In this document: positions 32,582 to 42,050 of the stretch, piece after piece
Layout: every line of letters begins with the position of its first letter
Position numbering within the stretch: position 1 is the stretch's first letter
DNA from: Sedimentisphaerales bacterium
GTDB taxonomy: Bacteria; Planctomycetota; Phycisphaerae; Sedimentisphaerales; Anaerobacaceae
Reading direction: 5' to 3'
Length of the DNA stretch: 64,000 bases
Assembly (NCBI GenBank): GCA_963708075.1
Contig: OY970194.1
Coordinates: 192,001 to 256,000, forward strand
The notes under the pieces: model-generated
Database searches by the model: none
Told to the model about the DNA's origin: nothing
What the model saw: only the letters and a program-made list of their open reading frames with translations
Position numbers and translations under genes: made by a program

Positions 32582-33400
32582 TCAGCGGATGGACAAAGCG
32601 GCCTTCACTTCGCGGAGGAAGGCGGTGATTTCCCTGGCGGCCTTTTTCGGGTCATCCAGGGAATCCTCGATCATTCCCACGAGTTTGGAGCCGATGATTA
32701 CGCCGTCGGCCCCGGCATCGGCAATCGCTTTCGCATGTTCGGGCGTGCTGACGCCGAACCCGACGCAGACCGGCACGCTCGTCACGCTCTTGAGCTTTGT
32801 GATGAGCTTGTCCACGGTGTCGGAGAGGGTCGCCCGACTGCCTGTGACGCCCAGGAGGGAGACCGTATAGATGAAGCCGGTGGTCTTGGAGGCGATTCGC
32901 TCCATCCGGCCGGGCTCGGTGTTCGGCGTGACCATGAAGACCGTGTCAAGCCCGGCGGACTGGGCCGGGGCGACGATCTCCTCCGCGTCGTCGATGCTCA
33001 GGTCGGCCACGAGCACGCTATTCACGCCCGCCTCGCGGAAGTCCTTGAAGAACTTCTCCACGCCGTACTGGTGGATGAGGTTGTAGTACATCAGCAGGCC
33101 GATGGGGATGTCGCTGTGCCCGGTGTGCGACGCTCTCAGCTCCCGGATGAACTCCAGGGCCTTGTGCGTGTTCATGCCGCTGCGGATCGCGCGAACGTCG
33201 GCTTTCTGGATCGTCGGACCATCCGCGATCGGATCGGAGAAGGGGATGCCCAGTTCGAGGACGTCCGGCCCGGCTTCCATGGCCGCCTTAACGATGGCAA
33301 GGCTTGTGGCGTAGTCCGGATCGCCGATCACGAAGAACGGGATCAGGGCGGCCCTCTTCTGGCTTTTCAATTCCCTGAATACTTGCTGATAGGTCTTCAT
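32582..33400 (-). CDS. trpA: Tryptophan synthase alpha chain
   Basis: ELGIPFSDPIADGPTIQ, GVTG, VGFGVS, ADGVIIGS. Confidence 0.96.
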   Translation of the reverse strand: MKTYQQVFRELKSQKRAALIPFFVIGDPDYATSLAIVKAAMEAGPDVLELGIPFSDPIADGPTIQKADVRAIRSGMNTHKALEFIRELRASHTGHSDIPIGLLMYYNLIHQYGVEKFFKDFREAGVNSVLVADLSIDDAEEIVAPAQSAGLDTVFMVTPNTEPGRMERIASKTTGFIYTVSLLGVTGSRATLSDTVDKLITKLKSVTSVPVCVGFGVSTPEHAKAIADAGADGVIIGSKLVGMIEDSLDDPKKAAREITAFLREVKAALSIR

Positions 33401-33496
33401 AGTTGTATGTGCTCCACGAAGCCGGTGTCTGCATTGCGGATTGTGGATTTCGGATTGCGGATTGACCGCCTGACCCGAATCCGCAATCCGCAATCA

Positions 33497-34681
33497 TCAA
33501 TCCGCGATTGAGGCGCTTGTTGCTTTTTCCACGATGCCGACGTCTTTGTCGCCCCGGCCTGAGAGGTTCACGACGGCGATTGCGCCGGGGGCCAGCTTGC
33601 CCTTTTGACGCACGAGGTAGGCCAGGGCGTGGGTGCTCTCCAGCGCCGGAAGGATGCCTTCGAGCCTCGTGAACAGCCCGAAGGTGTCGAGGACTTCCCC
33701 GTCCTCTGCGGCGACGTACTCGGCCCGGCCGGTGTCTTTCAGGTAGCAGTGCTCGGGCCCGACCGCCGGATAGTCCAGACCCGCACTGATGGACTCGGTA
33801 TCGAGAACCTGCCCGTCTTCGTCCTGAAGCAGGTAGGCTTTGGCTCCGTGCAGGATGCCGACCCTGCCCGCGGATAGACTGGCCGCATGCTTGCCGGTGT
33901 GGAGGCCTTTGCCGCCGGCCTCGACGCCGATGAGTTTGACATCCTTGTCATCGAGGAAACCGGCGAACATGCCGATGGCGTTGCTGCCGCCTCCGACGCA
34001 GGCCAGCACCATGTCTGGCAGCCGGCCGATCTGTTCGAGGCATTGCCGCCGTGCCTCGACGCCGATGCAGCTCTGGAAACACCTGACAATCGTCGGATAC
34101 GGGTGCGGCCCTGCGGCGGACCCGAACAGGTAGAACGTATCGGTCACGTGGGCCGTCCAGTAGCGAAGCGCGTCGTTGATCGCGTCCTTGAGCGTCCCCG
34201 TCCCGCCCTCTACGGGCACGACCTCGGCGCCGCACAGCCTCATCTTGTGGACGTTGACGCTCTGCCGCGCGACGTCGGTGACGCCCATGAAGATCTTCGT
34301 TTCCATGCCGAGCAGGGCGCCGACCATCGACGTGGCCAGGCCATGCTGGCCGGCTCCGGTCTCCGCGATGAGCTTGCTCTTGCCCATGTATTTGGCGAGC
34401 AGGCCTTGGCCGAGCGTATTGTTGATCTTGTGCGCGCCGCCGTGCAGGAGATCCTCCCGCTTGAGGTACACCTGGAAGCCGACGTGCTCACTGAACCGCT
34501 TGGCGTGGTAGAGCGGGCTGGGCCGGCCCGCGTAGTCCCGGAACAGCTCGCTCAACTCCGCCTGGAATGTCTCGTCCTGGTAGAATCGCAGGAACGCCTC
34601 CTCCAACTCCTCCAGCACGGGAATCAGCACTTCCGGCACATAGTACCCGCCGTAATCACCATATCTGCCGTTGTATTTCAT
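33497..34681 (-). CDS. trpB: Tryptophan synthase beta chain
   Basis: [48 protein letters not shown]. Confidence 0.97.
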   Translation of the reverse strand: MKYNGRYGDYGGYYVPEVLIPVLEELEEAFLRFYQDETFQAELSELFRDYAGRPSPLYHAKRFSEHVGFQVYLKREDLLHGGAHKINNTLGQGLLAKYMGKSKLIAETGAGQHGLATSMVGALLGMETKIFMGVTDVARQSVNVHKMRLCGAEVVPVEGGTGTLKDAINDALRYWTAHVTDTFYLFGSAAGPHPYPTIVRCFQSCIGVEARRQCLEQIGRLPDMVLACVGGGSNAIGMFAGFLDDKDVKLIGVEAGGKGLHTGKHAASLSAGRVGILHGAKAYLLQDEDGQVLDTESISAGLDYPAVGPEHCYLKDTGRAEYVAAEDGEVLDTFGLFTRLEGILPALESTHALAYLVRQKGKLAPGAIAVVNLSGRGDKDVGIVEKATSASIAD

Positions 34682-34735
34682 GCTCTTCGTGTCCTTTCGG
34701 ACATAGGACCTATGAGACTCATGGGACCTATGTCG

Positions 34736-35359
34736 CTATGCTCGCAAGTATTTTATGCTGTCAAACAGGGCCTTCATTTTCTTGTGGTCTTTCTTGCCGG
34801 GTGCGGCCTCGACGCCGCTGCAGACGTCGATTCCGTAGACGCCCAGCTCGACAGCCGCCACGGCGTTGGACGGGTTGATTCCGCCGGCGAGAAAGACCCG
34901 TTTGCCGATATGCCCGATGACGTTCCAGTCAAACGTGAGTCCCGTGCCCCCGTGCCGCTTGGGATCGTATGCGTCCAGGAGGATCGCATCGGTGAAGTAG
35001 TTGTTCACCTGCTGGAGGTCCCCGGCGTCCTTGACCCGCAGGGCCTTCATCAGCTTGGCGGTGTCGTACGTCAACCAGCGGCAGAACTCGGGGCTCTCCT
35101 CGCCGTGCAACTGGATCCAATCCAACTGGCACTGGCTGGCGACCTCGCGGACGTGCTCGATGGTGCTATTCACGAAGATGCCGACGACGTCGACGAACGC
35201 GGGGAGCTTGCGGATGATGGCCGCGACCTTCTCCGGCCGCACGTACCGCGGGCTCTTGGGGCAGAAATTGAAACCCAGCAGGTCCGCTCCCATGTCCATC
35301 GCGGCAGCCGCATCCTCGTAATTCGTGAGTCCGCAGATTTTCACTTTCGGTATCAACAT
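34736..35359 (-). CDS. trpF: Phosphoribosylanthranilate isomerase
   Basis: VKICGLT, QLHGEE, GGTG.TFDW, LAGGI, DVCSGVE. Confidence 0.95.
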   Translation of the reverse strand: MLIPKVKICGLTNYEDAAAAMDMGADLLGFNFCPKSPRYVRPEKVAAIIRKLPAFVDVVGIFVNSTIEHVREVASQCQLDWIQLHGEESPEFCRWLTYDTAKLMKALRVKDAGDLQQVNNYFTDAILLDAYDPKRHGGTGLTFDWNVIGHIGKRVFLAGGINPSNAVAAVELGVYGIDVCSGVEAAPGKKDHKKMKALFDSIKYLRA

Positions 35360-35389
35360 ACGTTCATCTCAAATGCCCGGTACGAATCC

Positions 35390-35478
35390 TGTCATCCTGA
35401 GGCGAAGCCGAAGGATCTGGCCATCGAATGAGAGGTTTCTCCTCCCGACCCAGATCCTTCGCTGCGCTCAGGATGACA
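35390..35478. repeat. REP-like inverted pair TGTCATCCTGAG...GATCT / AGATCCTTCG...CTCAGGATGACA
   Basis: Long hairpin between trpD and trpF. Confidence 0.8.
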
Positions 35479-35509
35479 CGCGAGGCGCACCAGTCAATTA
35501 TAGTCTGCA

Positions 35510-36529
35510 TCATACGGCGTTCGATATCTCAACGAGTCTCTCAAGACAGTGCCACGCTTTACCTTCGTCAATCGAGGCGGCTGCCAGGGGGATCGCCTGC
35601 TCGAAGCTGTCGGCCAGCTCCGCCACGATGATGGCGGCGGCGGCATTGATCAGGACAATATCGCGACGGGGGCCTCGCTCCCTGCCGGCCAGGATCTCCC
35701 GGATGACCGCTGCGTTGGCAATCGCGTCGCCGCTGCCGAGGGCATCGATGGATGCGTTGGCGATTCCGTAGTCGGTCGGGTCCAGCTCGAAGGACGTGAT
35801 CTCTCCGTCACGCAGCTCGACGATCTTCGTCTTGCCGAGGAGGCTGATTTCGTCCATGCCCTGACCGTGCACGACCAGGGCCCGCCGGGTCCCGAGCATC
35901 CGGAGACTCTCTGCGATTCTGTCAATCAGTTCCGCGTCGGCCACGCCCATCACCTGTGCCCGGACACCCGCCGGGTTGGCAAGAGGACCCAGTATATTGA
36001 ACGCCGTGCGAAAGTCCAGGCTCTTTCGAATCGGCTGGACGAATCGCATCGCCGGATGGAACTTCGGTGCAAACATGAAGCCGACGTGGGCCTCTCGAAT
36101 GCACGTGGCCACGATCTCGGGCCCCGGGTCGATGTTGACCCCGAGCTCATCGAGCACGTCCGCCGAGCCGCAACGGCTGGTGATGCCCCGATTGCCGTGC
36201 TTGGCCACGTAGGCCCCGGCGCCCGCCGCCACGAGCGCGGAGGTGGTGGAGATATTGAACGTCTTGACGACGGCGCCGCCTGTGCCGCACGTGTCGATCA
36301 GGTGCTCGAAATTGACTCGCACCGGCACGGCATGGTCCCGCAGCGACTGCGCCAGCCCGGCGATCTCGCCCGAGGTCGCCCGCTTCATTCGCATCATCGC
36401 CAGGAACGCCGCGATCTGCACCTCCGTCACCTGCCCCTCGAAGATCGTGTCCTGCAACTCCTTCGCCTGCTCGAACGTGAGGTCCTTGCCGTTGAGAATG
36501 ATCTCCAGGTACCTGGTTATCGTCGCCAT
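35510..36529 (-). CDS. trpD: Anthranilate phosphoribosyltransferase
   Basis: DTCGTGG, FNISTT, KHGNR..TS..GSADVL, RTAFNILGPL.NP. Confidence 0.95.
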   Translation of the reverse strand: MATITRYLEIILNGKDLTFEQAKELQDTIFEGQVTEVQIAAFLAMMRMKRATSGEIAGLAQSLRDHAVPVRVNFEHLIDTCGTGGAVVKTFNISTTSALVAAGAGAYVAKHGNRGITSRCGSADVLDELGVNIDPGPEIVATCIREAHVGFMFAPKFHPAMRFVQPIRKSLDFRTAFNILGPLANPAGVRAQVMGVADAELIDRIAESLRMLGTRRALVVHGQGMDEISLLGKTKIVELRDGEITSFELDPTDYGIANASIDALGSGDAIANAAVIREILAGRERGPRRDIVLINAAAAIIVAELADSFEQAIPLAAASIDEGKAWHCLERLVEISNAV

Positions 36530-36531
36530 CG

Positions 36532-37143
36532 TCAGCTCTCCACCATCTGTTTGCGATTGACCGCGATTTGAAGCACGTTCTGGATGATCTTGCCGCCCGC
36601 AGGCGTCAGGATGCTCTCGGGATGAAACTGCACGCCGAAGATGGGCCACTGCCTGTGCTCGACGGCCATGACAATGCCCTCGAACTCGCCCGTCTTTTCG
36701 AGACAGTCCGGCAGGCTCAGAGCGGTGAGGCTGTGGTAGCGTCCCGCCTGCAGCGGATTCTCGACGCCGCGGAAGAGTCCCTTCTCGCTATGGGCGATCC
36801 GCGAGGGCTTGCCGTGCATGGGCTCGGGAGCATGGCCGATCTTGCCGCCGAAGTACTGCACGATGGTCTGGTGTCCCAGACACACGCCGAAGATGGGCAG
36901 CTTGTCCTTGAAATAGTCCACCGCATCGAGCGATACGCCTGCGGTATCCGGGTTGCCCGGCCCCGGCGAGATCACCAGCAGGTCCGGCTCGAACTCTGCC
37001 GCCACGGCTTTCAGGTCCTCGATGCTCGTATCCGCCCGGTACACCCGCGTCCGGCACTGCCGCTTGGCGAAGTCGTCCACCAGGTTGTACGTGAACGAGT
37101 CAAAATTATCGATGAACAGAACCTTCTTATCGATCGATTCCAT
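36532..37143 (-). CDS. trpG: Anthranilate synthase component II (glutamine amidotransferase)
   Basis: IDNFDSFTYNL, SPGPG, GVCLGHQ, RYHSL, QFHPES. Confidence 0.95.
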   Translation of the reverse strand: MESIDKKVLFIDNFDSFTYNLVDDFAKRQCRTRVYRADTSIEDLKAVAAEFEPDLLVISPGPGNPDTAGVSLDAVDYFKDKLPIFGVCLGHQTIVQYFGGKIGHAPEPMHGKPSRIAHSEKGLFRGVENPLQAGRYHSLTALSLPDCLEKTGEFEGIVMAVEHRQWPIFGVQFHPESILTPAGGKIIQNVLQIAVNRKQMVES

Positions 37144-37173
37144 TGGAATACCCTTTACACCGTCTTTATAGCA

Positions 37174-37246
37174 TGTCATTCCCGCGAAGGCGGGAATCCA
37201 GGAACCCATCGAATGGTCGTGGACCCCCGCCTCCGCGGGGGTGACA
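37174..37246. repeat. Palindromic repeat pair TGTCATTCCCGCGAAGGCGGGAATCCA / GGACCCCCGCCTCCGCGGGGGTGACA
   Basis: ATTCCC-N8-GGGAAT hairpin; related unit at 20883-20909. Confidence 0.75.
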
Positions 37247-37376
37247 TGATGAGTCGTCGGGTGGCAGCGGCAAGCGCAGCTTGCCGATGGTTTGACTGGC
37301 GCGCTGCACGCCATCGGCAAGCCCTTCGGCCTTGCCGCTGCCACCCGTCACAATCATAACGCTGCATCGCATGAGA

Positions 37377-38972
37377 TTACTTGCCTCGGATGGCTCTCAG
37401 GCACGATCTTGCTTTGTGCTCGGTTTCTTCAAACTCGGTCTTCGGGACGCTGTCGTGGACGATCCCCGCGCCGACACGGATGTACGCCGTATGGTCGCGG
37501 ACCTGCAGGCTTCGGATCGTGATGCAGCTATCGAACTGGCCGTCCACGGTCAGGTACATCACGGCCCCGCCGTAGTAGCCCCGCTTGTTCTTTTCGAGTT
37601 TCCGGATGATCTTCATCGCCTCAATCTTCGGGGCGCCCGTGAGCGTGCCCATGTTCATCGTGGCCAGGTACGCGCTCAGTGCGTCGAGATCGGGCCGGAG
37701 CGTGCCCTTGACGTTGCTCACTAGGTGCTGCACCGACTCGTATTTCTCCGCCGTCAGCAACTCGTTGACGACCCGGCTGCCCGGATTGGCCACGCGGGCG
37801 ATGTCGTTGCGGGCGAGATCGACGAGCATCATGTGCTCGGCCAGTTCCTTACGGTCCAGCTTCAGCTCCGCTTCATAGCGAAAGTCGGTGTCCACGTCGA
37901 TCTGGCCGTCGATGCGGCCGCGGGGCTTGGTGCCGGCGATTGGCCGGATCTCGACCTGTCGCGGCCCCGTCCCGCTGACTCGCAGGTTTAGCTCGGGACT
38001 GGAGCCCATCAATATCGTGTGCGGCGTATTCAAATAGAACATGTAGGGCGATGGATTCAGCTCGCGCAGACGCTTGTACACATCCAGCGGCTCGTCGGGA
38101 CAGGGCTCCGTGAGCGTGCGGCTCAGGACCACCTGGAAGATGTCGCCGTCGATGATGTGCCGCTTGGCCCGCTGGACCATCTCCTCGTATTCGCCCTGCA
38201 CGGTATCGGTCGAGGCCTGCGGCAGGGGGGCTGCGTGCTTGCGTCCCTTGGGTGGCTCGAACCGGGCCATATTAAAGTAGTAGTCGAAGCTGCTCTGGGC
38301 CTCCGCGATCACGGCCTCGCGGTCCCCGTTCGTGATCATGCAGTTGACCACGACGTAGCCCTGGTTGCTCTCGTGGTCCATCAGGAAGATGTTGTCGGCG
38401 AAGTACAGCTCGTAATCGGGATTGCCCAGCAGGTCGCTCTCGCTGGCGGGCAGCTTCTCGAACTGATCGACGAAATCGTAGCTTAGGGCCCCGAGCAGGC
38501 CGCATGTGACGCGGAAGGGCTTGCTCGCAAGTCGAAAGGCAAACGCCACCGCCCGCAGCACGTCCATCTGGTTCGTGGTGCGCAGCCGCGTCTGCTCGTC
38601 CACCATCGCGTCGCGCCGCTTGATCCGGCCGGTGATGGCCTCTGTCCCGAAGTCGATGGACTCGCAAAAGTCGAATCGCTCCCGGTGACCGGCCAGGTAG
38701 CTCAGGATGCGTCGGCCGGGTTTGCTCAGCGCCTTAATCGTGAACTCCGAGCCTGTCCCCGTGAGGTACAGGGCGGGACGCGCTGTGCCGAAGCTCAATG
38801 CCCGCGTCCCGGCCAGGTATTCGCGGGACTCCAGCAGGCAGCAGTTCTTGGCCCGGCCGTAATCGCTGAGCTTCGCGAAGAACTCCAGTGGGTCGTCCAC
38901 GTCGATCCGCTTGACAACCGGGACGATTTGCCCCGGCTCCGCGTTCTCTATGATCTGCCGATAATCTTCCAT
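37377..38972 (-). CDS. trpE: Anthranilate synthase component I
   Basis: LLES, GDIFQVVLS, NPSPYM, PIAGT.PRG, AEHMMLVDLARND, GTLTGAPK. Confidence 0.95.
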   Translation of the reverse strand: MEDYRQIIENAEPGQIVPVVKRIDVDDPLEFFAKLSDYGRAKNCCLLESREYLAGTRALSFGTARPALYLTGTGSEFTIKALSKPGRRILSYLAGHRERFDFCESIDFGTEAITGRIKRRDAMVDEQTRLRTTNQMDVLRAVAFAFRLASKPFRVTCGLLGALSYDFVDQFEKLPASESDLLGNPDYELYFADNIFLMDHESNQGYVVVNCMITNGDREAVIAEAQSSFDYYFNMARFEPPKGRKHAAPLPQASTDTVQGEYEEMVQRAKRHIIDGDIFQVVLSRTLTEPCPDEPLDVYKRLRELNPSPYMFYLNTPHTILMGSSPELNLRVSGTGPRQVEIRPIAGTKPRGRIDGQIDVDTDFRYEAELKLDRKELAEHMMLVDLARNDIARVANPGSRVVNELLTAEKYESVQHLVSNVKGTLRPDLDALSAYLATMNMGTLTGAPKIEAMKIIRKLEKNKRGYYGGAVMYLTVDGQFDSCITIRSLQVRDHTAYIRVGAGIVHDSVPKTEFEETEHKARSCLRAIRGK

Positions 38973-39025
38973 ATCCTCATCTCCCGCATTTCCCCTCTTA
39001 TCGGGACATGCCTGAGAATCCCTAT

Positions 39026-39058
39026 AAAAAAAGCAGCCTGCCGTTTCCGACAGGCTGC
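39026..39058 (-). terminator. trp attenuator terminator hairpin
   Basis: GCAGCCTGTCG-GAAA-CGGCAGGCTGC followed by T7, upstream of trpE. Confidence 0.85.
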
Positions 39059-39119
39059 ACGATAGATTCGATTTTCTTCAGCGATTTCTTAAAGCAAAAG
39101 GATCGCTCGCCTGCCGGAT

Positions 39120-39179
39120 TTATCCTGCAGGCCACCACCAACCAAAAAACCCGAAGTTGTAGCTGCGATTCTGCCTCAT
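39120..39179 (-). CDS. trpL: trp operon leader peptide MRQNRSYNFGFFGWWWPAG
   Basis: 19-codon ORF with TGGTGGTGG, upstream of the terminator and trpE. Confidence 0.85.
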   Translation of the reverse strand: MRQNRSYNFGFFGWWWPAG

Positions 39180-39188
39180 AAGACTTCT

Positions 39189-39217
39189 ATTAGATCGTCC
39201 GCACGCGACTTTGTCAA
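39189..39217 (-). promoter_or_regulatory. Sigma70-type promoter of the trp operon
   Basis: TTGACA-N17-TCTAAT directly upstream of the leader ATG. Confidence 0.6.
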
Positions 39218-39326
39218 TAGAAAAAACCAGAAATTCGTCACAAAGTGTGAAGTGTGAAGTCAGGAGACTCGATTGCTCGCCTGTTCTACTTCAAACTTCA
39301 AACATCAAACTTCAAACTTTTATCCG

Positions 39327-40067
39327 TCACCACTGCGCCTCGATATAAGGCCCGATGGGACCTTCCGGCTTGGGCTTGGGTCGCGACTTGAGGATTGCCT
39401 CGGCGATGGCGATGTCGGTCGGCTTGGTGATCTTGATATTCGACGCATCCGATTCGACGATAGCGACCTTGTGCCCGAGCGCCTCGACGAGGTACGCATC
39501 GTCCGTGACCGCAGCCTTATCGACATTCCCCAGGTTCTCATAGGCCTTTCGCAGCAGGGAGGTTTCGAATATCTGCGGCGTCTGGGCCTCGTACAGCCCG
39601 GCCCGGTCCACCGTCTTGACGATCACGCCGTCCTTGACCTGCTTGATCGTCGCCGTCACAGGAGCAGCGGGAATGGCGGCCCCGACCTCTGCGGCCTTGG
39701 CGATCACGTTGCCGATCAGCTCATCCGTCGCGCAGCACCGGCACGCATCGTGCACCGCGACAAGCTCAATGTCCGGCTTGAGCAGCTTGAGTCCCTCGAT
39801 GATCGTATCGAACCGTTCCCCGCCGCCGAAGAAGATCTTCACGTTGAAGAACTTGAGATTCGCGCCCCATTTGACGCTGACAATCTCCTCATCTTCCTTG
39901 GGGATTCCGACGAGCACCTGCTTGACGTCGTCGCGGCCGGAGAACAGCTCGACGCTCCGCAGAAAGACGGCCCGGCCGCTCACGTCCGTGAACTGCTTCT
40001 TCCGCTTGCCCCCGAACCGAGTCCCCGGCCCCGCCGCACAAACAATCGCCGCAACACTCTTAGCCAC
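39327..40067 (-). CDS. ispD: 2-C-methyl-D-erythritol 4-phosphate cytidylyltransferase
   Basis: AAG.G.RFG..KQF, VHDACR, AQTPQ.F, TDDA, NIKIT.P.D. Confidence 0.92.
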   Translation of the reverse strand: MAKSVAAIVCAAGPGTRFGGKRKKQFTDVSGRAVFLRSVELFSGRDDVKQVLVGIPKEDEEIVSVKWGANLKFFNVKIFFGGGERFDTIIEGLKLLKPDIELVAVHDACRCCATDELIGNVIAKAAEVGAAIPAAPVTATIKQVKDGVIVKTVDRAGLYEAQTPQIFETSLLRKAYENLGNVDKAAVTDDAYLVEALGHKVAIVESDASNIKITKPTDIAIAEAILKSRPKPKPEGPIGPYIEAQW

Positions 40068-40177
40068 CTGCTGCTCCTTGTCTCTGGGGAAGTTTGATTT
40101 TTGATGTTTGATTTTTGATTGAAAAGGCCGTGTGCCGCACCCACATCAACCATCAACCATCTAAAATCAACAACCCC

Positions 40178-40720
40178 CTAGTAGTCGATTCCTTCTCTTG
40201 CTCCTATGCCCTTATCAAACGGATGTTTGACGTTCTTCATCTCCGTCACGAGGTCGGCCATCGCGATCAACTCCGGCGTCGCGCCCCGGCCGGTCAGAAT
40301 CACTTCGACGCCCGCGTCTTTTTGTTCGATCAGCCGCCGGATATCCTCGATTCGCGCCAGGTCCATCGACAGGCAAAACACGATCTCGTCGAGAATCAGA
40401 ACGTCATAGGCTTTCTTCGCCGCCAGCTCCGTCAGCCCGACCAGCGCATCGCCGACAGCGGCCCTCGCCCCGTCGATATCCTGCTGATTGCGGAGCGACC
40501 TGAACAGGTTCCAGTACGCCTCCAGCGATTCCAGGCGAATGGGCAGGCCGCACCGTTCGACGGCCAGCCGCTCGCCCAACTCCAGCGTCGGCGGCTTCAA
40601 AAACTGAAAGACCAGCACCCGGTTCCCGCGTCCGGCCGCACGCAACGCCAGCCCGAACGCCGCCGTCGTCTTGCCCTTGCCGTCGCCCGTATAGACCTGA
40701 ACCAACCCTTTCTCAATCAT
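40178..40720 (-). CDS. cobO: Cob(I)yrinic acid a,c-diamide adenosyltransferase (CobO/BtuR)
   Basis: VYTGDGKGKTTAAFG, QFLK, ILDE, LTGR, AD.VTEM..VKHPF..G..A..GIDY. Confidence 0.93.
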   Translation of the reverse strand: MIEKGLVQVYTGDGKGKTTAAFGLALRAAGRGNRVLVFQFLKPPTLELGERLAVERCGLPIRLESLEAYWNLFRSLRNQQDIDGARAAVGDALVGLTELAAKKAYDVLILDEIVFCLSMDLARIEDIRRLIEQKDAGVEVILTGRGATPELIAMADLVTEMKNVKHPFDKGIGAREGIDY

Positions 40721-40914
40721 CCCCCCATCATAATCCCACCCCCACCCCCCAAGAAACCGAAAACCGCCCTGCCCCCTGTAAAGGGACTCCCGGAAGGCAT
40801 AACCAATTGACCACCGGTCGCCAATCGGATAGGATCAAGCGGCTTGGATGTGGACTTCAGGCGATGAATCGCCCTTGAAGTCCTACGAGATTGGTGGTTC
40901 ATGTGGGCCAGCTA

Positions 40915-41238
40915 ATGGCAGACAAGATCTTGACTTTCATCCGGGAGTGCATCGAGCATCGACGGATACGATGGACGTATCACGTCAATATGCGCCTGAA
41001 GGGCCGGTTCATACCCCGTGAAGCCATCTTGGCCTCGACGGAAAGTTATGAGATCATAGAAGAATAGCCAGAAGACAAATACCTGCCGAGCTATCTTGTG
41101 TATGCCGAGCACGAAGGCGAGGTCTTTCACATTCAGATAGCGACCGATGTGGCAGGTAATAGCGTAGTAATTGTTACGGCGTACCGGCCGACTCCCGACA
41201 AGTGGGAGGCGGATCTCAAGACTAGGAGACGACCATGA
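40915..41238 (+). pseudogene. DUF4258-family putative toxin with in-frame TAG at 41065-41067
   Basis: W T Y H V N M R L ... IIEE*PEDKYLPSYLV ... IVTAYRP.PDKW; ATGA overlap with the YgiT-type gene. Confidence 0.82.
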
Positions 41239-41462
41239 TTTGTCATAATTGCGGCGGGCAATTGGAGAGCCTGATCACAAACCTGCCCTTCAAAATCGAC
41301 CACGACTCGATTGTCATCATCAAGGGCCTGCCTGTCCTGCAGTGCAGCAATTGCGGCGAATACCTCATCGACGATCCGGTGATGGAAAAGGTCGATAGTA
41401 TTCTGAGGAGAATCGATAGGACGACAGAACTCGAAGTGCTCACCTACGCCGCAACGGCGTGA
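41235..41462 (+). CDS. YgiT/MqsA-type zinc-finger antitoxin-like protein
   Basis: MICHNCGG...P.L.CSNCGEY motif, 75 aa. Confidence 0.88.
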   Translation: MICHNCGGQLESLITNLPFKIDHDSIVIIKGLPVLQCSNCGEYLIDDPVMEKVDSILRRIDRTTELEVLTYAATA

Positions 41463-41630
41463 GAAAGACCGCCGCCGTCGTCTTGCCCTTGCCGTCGCCC
41501 GTATAGACCTGAACCAACCCTTTCTCAATCATCCCCCCATCATAATCCCACCCCCACCCCCCAAGAAACCGAAAACCACCCCGCGACAGGGTGCACGACG
41601 AGATTGTGGCAGAGCGAACAACGAGGTTCT

Positions 41631-41725
41631 GGGTGGCACGGGCAAACTCGTTTGCCCGTGGGCCTTCGAGTGGGCAGACCCCATCGAAGGAGCACCGTCA
41701 CAGCGAGTTTGGCGGTGCCACCCGG
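41631..41725. repeat. REP-like family B (GGGTGGCACGGGCAAACTCGTTTGCCCGTG ... GAGTTTGGCGGTGCCACCC)
   Basis: Further copies at ~48738-48992 and ~57995-58087. Confidence 0.8.
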
Positions 41726-42050
41726 CCCCATTGCCACTTCCTTGTCGCACATCCCTCGCGACACCTGAATCCAAAGCTTGACCCCTTCTTGCCTTCGCGA
41801 GCATCGCCCGTTTTCGAGTGACTTTTCTCTTGACTTTCCACGCCCGAATCGGCGAATATAATAGCTGATCTGCCCTGAGGTGTGGTGAAAAGGTCCCACT
41901 TGATTCGTCACTGCAACCAACGCAACGGTTGGCTCGCAGATCGTGTGCGCTTATCTCTTATTGGCAGCCTATCCGTTCGCGGCAATTCTCACGCCAGAGT
42001 ATGGACGCGCTTGTTGGCGCTTGTATGCAAAGAAAAGGAGCAAAGAAAGT

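Larger units (their letters stand above)
40658..41577. repeat. 108-bp direct repeat (40658-40765 and 41470-41577) flanking a TA module
   Basis: Identical copies containing the first ~20 codons and upstream region of cobO. Confidence 0.92.

Noticed and set aside
33887..35431. Long antisense ORFs (also 2892-4157, 18455-19651, 49314-51065 and others)
   Set aside because: Shadow ORFs opposite well-supported genes in high-GC DNA.
41065..41067. Amber recoding (pyrrolysine or alternative code) suggested by in-frame TAGs here and at ~4555
   Set aside because: TAG is the normal stop for acs, rnr and other genes in this window, and the two sites replace different residues (Tyr, Trp); simple nonsense mutations are more likely.
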